Source of the DNA: the human T2T-CHM13v2.0 reference genome, Homo sapiens
NCBI RefSeq assembly: GCF_009914755.1
Contig: NC_060940.1
Strand: one strand, 5' to 3'
DNA length: 64,000 nucleotides
Part shown: positions 58,299-64,000 of the stretch, piece after piece
Layout: each line of letters opens with the position of its first letter
Position numbering within the stretch: the stretch's first letter is position 1
The notes under the pieces: model-generated
The model's database searches: none
What the model saw: only the letters and a program-made list of their open reading frames with translations
Told to the model about the DNA's origin: nothing
Translations under genes and position numbers: made by a program

Positions 58299-61200
58299 TC
58301 AAGTGCATTCGATGATATCATTCGATTCCATTTGATGATAATTCCATTTGATTCCATGCGATGATTCTATTCGATTCCATTCAATGATAATTCCATTCAG
58401 TTCAGTGATTCCTCTGGACTCCATTTGATGATGATTCCATTCAATGATTCCATTCGATTCTATTCGAAAATGATTCCATTTGAATCCATTTGATGATGAT
58501 TCCATTAGATTCCATTTGATGATTCCATTCGATTCCATGCGACGATGATTCCATTCGATTCCATTTGATGATTCCATTCTATTCTATTCGATGATGATTC
58601 CATTCGCTTCCATTCGATGATGATTGGATTCGATTCCATTTCATGATTTCATTTGATTCCATTCGTTAATGATTTCGATCAATTCCATTCGATGATTCCA
58701 TTCGATTCCATTCGATAATGATTACATCCGTGTCCATTCAATGATTCCATTTGAGCCTGTTCGATAATTCCATTTGTGTCCAACCAATGATTCCATTCAT
58801 TTCCATTCAATGATTCCATTCGAGTCCATTTGATCATTCCGGTAGGGTCCATTCGATGTTGATTCCATTGGAGTTCATTCGATGATTCCATTCGAGTCCA
58901 TTTTATGATTTGATTCGAGTCCTTTCGATGATTCCATTCGATTCCACTCGATGATGATTTCATTCGAGTCCATTCGACACTTCCAATCGATTCCATTTGA
59001 TGTTTCCATTCGAGTCCAATTGATGATTCCATTCAATTCCATTCGATGATGAATCCGTACGATTCCATTCTGTGATGATTCCATGTGATTGCATTCAATG
59101 ATGATTCCTTTAGATTGCATTCGATTGTGATTCATTTCGTCTTCATTCTATGGTTCCACAGGTTTCCATTCGTGTCCATTCCATTATTCCATTCTATTCC
59201 ATTTGATGATGATTCCATTCGATTCCATTCATTGGTGATTCCACTCAATTCCATTCAATGATTCCATTCCATTTCTTTCAACAATGATTCCATTAGTTTC
59301 TAATCGATGATCCACTTGATTCCATTTGACGACGATTCCATTCTTGTCCATTCGATGATTCCATTTGATTCCATATGATGATGATTCCATTCGATTCCAT
59401 ACGATGATGATTCCATTCGAGTCCATTCAATGGTGATTCCATTCAATTCCATTCGATGATTCCTTTCGATTCCATTCGATGATGATGGCATTCGATTCCT
59501 TTCAATCATTCCCTTTGATTGCATTCAAAGGTGATTTCATTCAAGTCCATTCGATAATTGCATTCGATTCCATTCTATGATGATTCCATTCGAGTCCATT
59601 TGATGATTCCATTCAATTCAAGTCAATGATGATTCCATTCGATTCCATTCGATGATTCCATTGGATTCCATTCGATGATGATTCCATTCAAATCCATTCG
59701 ATAATTCAATTCAAGTCCATTCGATGATGATTAAAATCGAATCCATTCAAAGATTCCATTCAGTTCCATTCGATGATTCCCTTAGATTCCATTCGATGAT
59801 TCCACTTGATTTCATTTACGATGATTCCATTCGATTCCACGTGATGATTCCATTCAATTCTATTCAATGCTGTTTCCATTTGATTCCATTCGACCATGAT
59901 TGCCTTGATTCCATTCAATGACTCCATTCGGTTCCTTTTGATGATGATTCCGTTCGATTCCATTTCATTATTCCATTTGATTCCATTGGATGAGTCCATT
60001 CGATTACATTCGATGATTATTCCATTCGAGTGCATTAGATGATTCCATTCGAGTCCATTCGATGATTCCATTCGATTCCATTCGATGTTGATTCTGTTCA
60101 AATCCATTCGATGATTCCACTCGATTCCATTCGATGACTCCAGTTGATCCCATTCGATGATTTCCTTTGATTCCCTTTGATGATCATTCCATTTGATTCA
60201 ATTCGGTGATTTCATTTGATTCCATTCAGTGATGTTTCCATTCGACTCCATTCGATGATGATTCCATTCGACTCCATTCGATTATGATTTCATTCAATTC
60301 CATTCGATAATGATTCCCTTCGAGTCCATTCGATGATTCCATTCGATTCCATTCAACGATGATTTGATTCGTGTCCATTCGATGATTCCATTTGATTCCA
60401 CTTGATGATGATTCCATTCGAGTCCATTTGATGATTCCATTCAATTCCATTCTCCGATGATTTCTTTTGAGCCCATTCAATGCTTCCACTCGATTCCATA
60501 TGATGATGACTCCATTCGATGAAATTCGATGATGATTCCCTTTGATTCCATTCAAAGATGATTCCATTCTAGCCCATTCAATCATTCCATTCGATTCTAT
60601 TCAATGATGATTCCATTCATGTCGATTTGGTGATTCCATTTGACTTCATTTGATGATGATTCCTTTCAAGTTCATTAGATGATTCCATTCGATTCCATTT
60701 GATGATGATCCCATTCGAGTCCATTCAGTGATTCCACTCGTTTCCATTCCATGATGATTCCATTCCATTCCATTCAATGATTCCATTCGATTCCGTTTGA
60801 TGATGATTTCATTCGAGTCCATTTGATGATTCCATTGGATTCCATTCGATGATGATTCCATTCGAGTCCATTCGATGATTCTATTCGAATCCATTTGATG
60901 ATTTCTTTTGATTATAGTTGGTGATGATTCCATTGGAGTCCATTCAATGATTCCATTCGATTCCAATCGATGGTGATTCCATTAGAGTCCATTTAATGAT
61001 TCCATTTGATTCCAGTCTCTGATGATTACATTCGAGTCCATACGATGATTCCACTCAATTCCATATGATGATGATTCCATTCGATTCCATTCGATGATTC
61101 CATTCTATTCTATTCAATGGTGATTCCATTCGAGTACATTAGATGATTCCATTCGATTCCATTCAATGATGATTCTATTTGTGTCCCTTAGATGATTCCA

Positions 61201-63112
61201 CATGATTCCATTAGATGATGATACTATTTGAGCCCATCCAATGATTCCCTTCGATTCCATTCGATGAGGATTCCATTCGATTCAATTCATTGGTGATTCT
61301 ATTCAATTCAATTCTTTGATTCCATTCCATTCCATTCGACAATGATTCCATTCGATTTCTTTCGATGATTCCACTCGATTCCACTTGACATTGATTCCCT
61401 TCGATTCCATTCAATGATTCCATTTGATTCCAGTGGATGATGATTGCCATCGATTCCATTCGATCACTCCATTCTATTCTATTTGATGATGATTACATTC
61501 GATTCCATTTGACGATTCCATCTGATTCTATTCGAGGATTCCATTTGATTCCATTCGATGATGATTCCATTCGAGTCCATTCGATGATTTCATTCGAGTA
61601 CATCCAATGATTCCATTCGAGTCCATTTGATGATTCCATTTGATTCCATTTCATAATGATTCTACTAGAGTCCATTCAATGACTCCATTGGAGTCCATTC
61701 AACAATTCCATTCGACTCCATTTGATGATTCCATTCGATTCCATTTGATGATTCCATTCGAGTCCATTTAATCATTACAGTCGAGTCCATTTGGTGATTC
61801 CACTGGGTTTCTTTAGATAATGATACCATTCAATTACATTTGATGATGATCCCATTCAATTTCATTTGATGATGATTCCATTAGAGTCCATTCGATGATT
61901 TCATTCGAGTCCCTTCATTGATTCCATCCGATTTCATTGGATGATGACTCCATTCGAGTCCATTCGATGATTCCACTCGATTCCATTAGATGATTCCATT
62001 GGAGTCCATTTGATTGTTCCATTCGATTCCATTCGATTCCTTTCGAAGATTATTCCATTTGAGTCCATTCGACGATGATTCCATTCCATTCCATTCGATG
62101 ATTCCGTTTGATTCCATTCGATGATTCCCTTCGATTCCTTTCTTTGATGATTCCATTCCATTCCATTCAATGATTCCATTCGAATCTATTCCATGATGAT
62201 TCCTTTCGATTCCATTCGCTGATGTTTCCGTTCAATTCCATTCGATGATGATTCCATTCGATTCCATTCATTGAGGATTCCATTTGATTCCATTCAATGA
62301 TGATTCCGTTCTATTCCATTCAATGATTGCATTCAATTCCATTCAATGATTATACCCTTAGAGTAAACTCAACGATTCCATTCAATACCATTCGATGATG
62401 ATTCCTTTTGAGTCCATTCAATGATTTCATTCAAGTCCATTTGATGATTCCTTTCAATTCCATTCTATGATGATTCCATTCGAGTCCATTCGATGATTCC
62501 ATTAGATTGCATTCGATTATTCCATTATATTCCAGTCAACGATGATTCCATTCGAGTCCATGCGACGGTGAGCAATTCGATTCAATTCCATGATGATTCT
62601 ATTTGATTCAATTAGATGATGTTTCCATTCGAATCCATTCCATGATTATTCCATTGGAATCCATTCGGCGATGATTCCATATGAGTCAATTCAATGATGA
62701 TTCCATATGGGTCCGTTCGATGATAATTCCATTTGATTTCATTCGATGCTTCTATTCTATTCCAGTCGATGATGATTCCGTTGGAGTCCATACGATGATT
62801 CCATTTGATTTCATTTGATGATGATTCCATTCGATGATGATTACATTGGATTCCATTCTATGATTCCATTCAATTCCATTCGTTGATGATTCGATTCCAT
62901 TCAATGATGATTCCATTTGAGTTCATTCGATGATTCTATTCGATTCCGTTCGATGGTGATTCAATTCTCTTATATTGGATGATTCCACTCGATTCCATTT
63001 GATGATTATTCCATTGGAGTCCACTTAGTGAATCCTTTAGATTCAACTCGAAGATGACTCCATTCGAGTCCATTCGATGATACCATTCAATTCCATTCGT
63101 TGATGCTTCCAT
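58299..63112 (+). repeat. 4,814-bp unit (-1, -570 and -727 bp)
   Basis: Shares the -1 and -570 events with 27256-32796, plus a TCCAT junction at 62557-62561 joining reference 16280 to 17007. The sum is -1298. Confidence 0.85.
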
Positions 63113-64000
63113 TCAAGTGCATTCGATGATATCATTCGATTCCATTTGATGATAATTCCATTTGATTCCATGCGATGATTCTATTCGATTCCATTCAATG
63201 ATAATTCCATTCAATTCAGTGATTCCTCTGGACTCCATTTGATGATGATTCCATTCAATGATTCCATTAGATTCTATTCCAAAATGATTCCATTTGAATC
63301 CATTTGATGATGATTCCATTAGATTCCATTTGATGATTCCATTCGATTCCATTCGACGATGATTCCATTCGATTCCGTTTGATGATTCCATTCTATTCTA
63401 TTCGATGATGATTCCATTCGATTCCATTCGATGATGATTGGATTCGATTCCATTTGATGATTTCATTTGATTCCATTCGTTAATGATTTCGATCAATTCC
63501 ATTCGATGATTCCATTGGATTCCATTGGATAATGATTACATCCGAGTCCATTCGATGATTCCATTTGAGCCTGTTCGATAATTCCATTTGAGTCCAACCA
63601 ATGATTCCATTCATTTCCATTCAATGATTCCATTCGAGTCCATTTGATCATTCCGGTAGGGTCCATTCGATGTTGATTCCATTGGAGTGCATTCGATGAT
63701 TCCATTCGAGTCCATTTTAGGATTTGATTCGAGACCTTTCGATGATTCCATTCGACTCCACTCGATGATGATTTCATTCGAGTCCATTCGACACTTCCAA
63801 TCGATTCCATTTGATGTTTCTTTTCGAGTCCAATTGATGATTCCATTCAATTCCATTCGATGATGATTCCGTACGGTTCCATTCTGTGATGATTCCATGT
63901 GATTGCATTCAATGATGATTCCTTTCGATTGCATTCGATTATGATTCATTTCGTGTTCATTCTATGGTTCCACAGGTTTCCATTCGTGTCCATTCCATTA

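Larger units (their letters stand above)
50356..62561 (+). repeat. Second copy of the 12.2-kb segment 19313-31518
   Basis: Constant offset of 31,043. Private variants such as GATTAAAATC (28686/59729), GACTCCAGTTG and TCCAGTCAAC are shared. Confidence 0.92.
1..64000 (+). repeat. Satellite II (HSat2/HSATII) pericentromeric tandem array, probably the HSat2B ~6.1-kb-period type
   Basis: Continuous diverged CATTCGATTC / CATTCGATGATTC / CATTCGATGATGATTC blocks with dense TCGA and GAGTCC variants. This is the HSat2 signature, unlike the (CATTC)n runs of HSat3. The CATTC strand stays on + from base 1 to 64000. Confidence 0.97.

Noticed and set aside
153-63949. More than 150 short minus-strand ORFs (MESSNGIEWNHRM...) that look like a repeated gene family
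   Set aside because: They are translations of GAATG/ATCATC repeats. ATG is built into GAATGG and the minus strand is stop-poor, whereas + has TGA throughout. They are low complexity, at most 136 aa, overlap in several frames and show no recognisable domain.
1-64000. CRISPR-like array of short repeats with variable spacers
   Set aside because: There is no constant repeat separated by unique spacers and no cas genes. The variable parts are mutated satellite monomers.
1-64000. HSat3, alpha satellite or telomeric repeat, strand inversions, CENP-B boxes
   Set aside because: CATTC runs are only 2-3 copies long and GATGAT-containing blocks dominate (HSat2). I saw no 171-bp period, TTAGGG runs, GAATG-strand tracts or CENP-B boxes.
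1-64000. A previously undescribed coding or RNA-gene system
   Set aside because: All sequence is accounted for by satellite units and their rearrangements. Nothing supports a gene, structured RNA or operon.

Overview
The whole 64 kb is one uninterrupted array of classical human/hominid satellite II (HSat2, Repbase HSATII). It is built from CATTCGATTC, CATTCGATGATTC and CATTCGATGATGATTC blocks (10, 13 and 16 bp) with the CATTC strand on + throughout. It contains no genes, transposons or inversions, and every ORF in the track is a translation artefact of the satellite. Using recurring ORFs as landmarks, the basic higher-order unit is 6,112 bp, which matches the ~6.1-kb period described for HSat2B on human chr16q11.2 (locus assignment is inference). 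Only 2 of the 13 landmark-to-landmark units are full length. The others are rearranged by deletions at short homologies (3,931, 3,661, 2,630, 727, 570, 271, 170 and 141 bp, plus smaller indels), by a 489-bp templated insertion flanked by a 46-bp duplication, and by a 3,341-bp tandem duplication. A ~1.8-kb divergent HSat2 block outside the 6.1-kb unit occurs twice, and a ~31-kb super-period (offsets 30,753 and 31,043) is overlaid on the array. I see no new protein- or RNA-coding system. The interesting content is the nested repeat architecture and the recombination history readable at its junctions.
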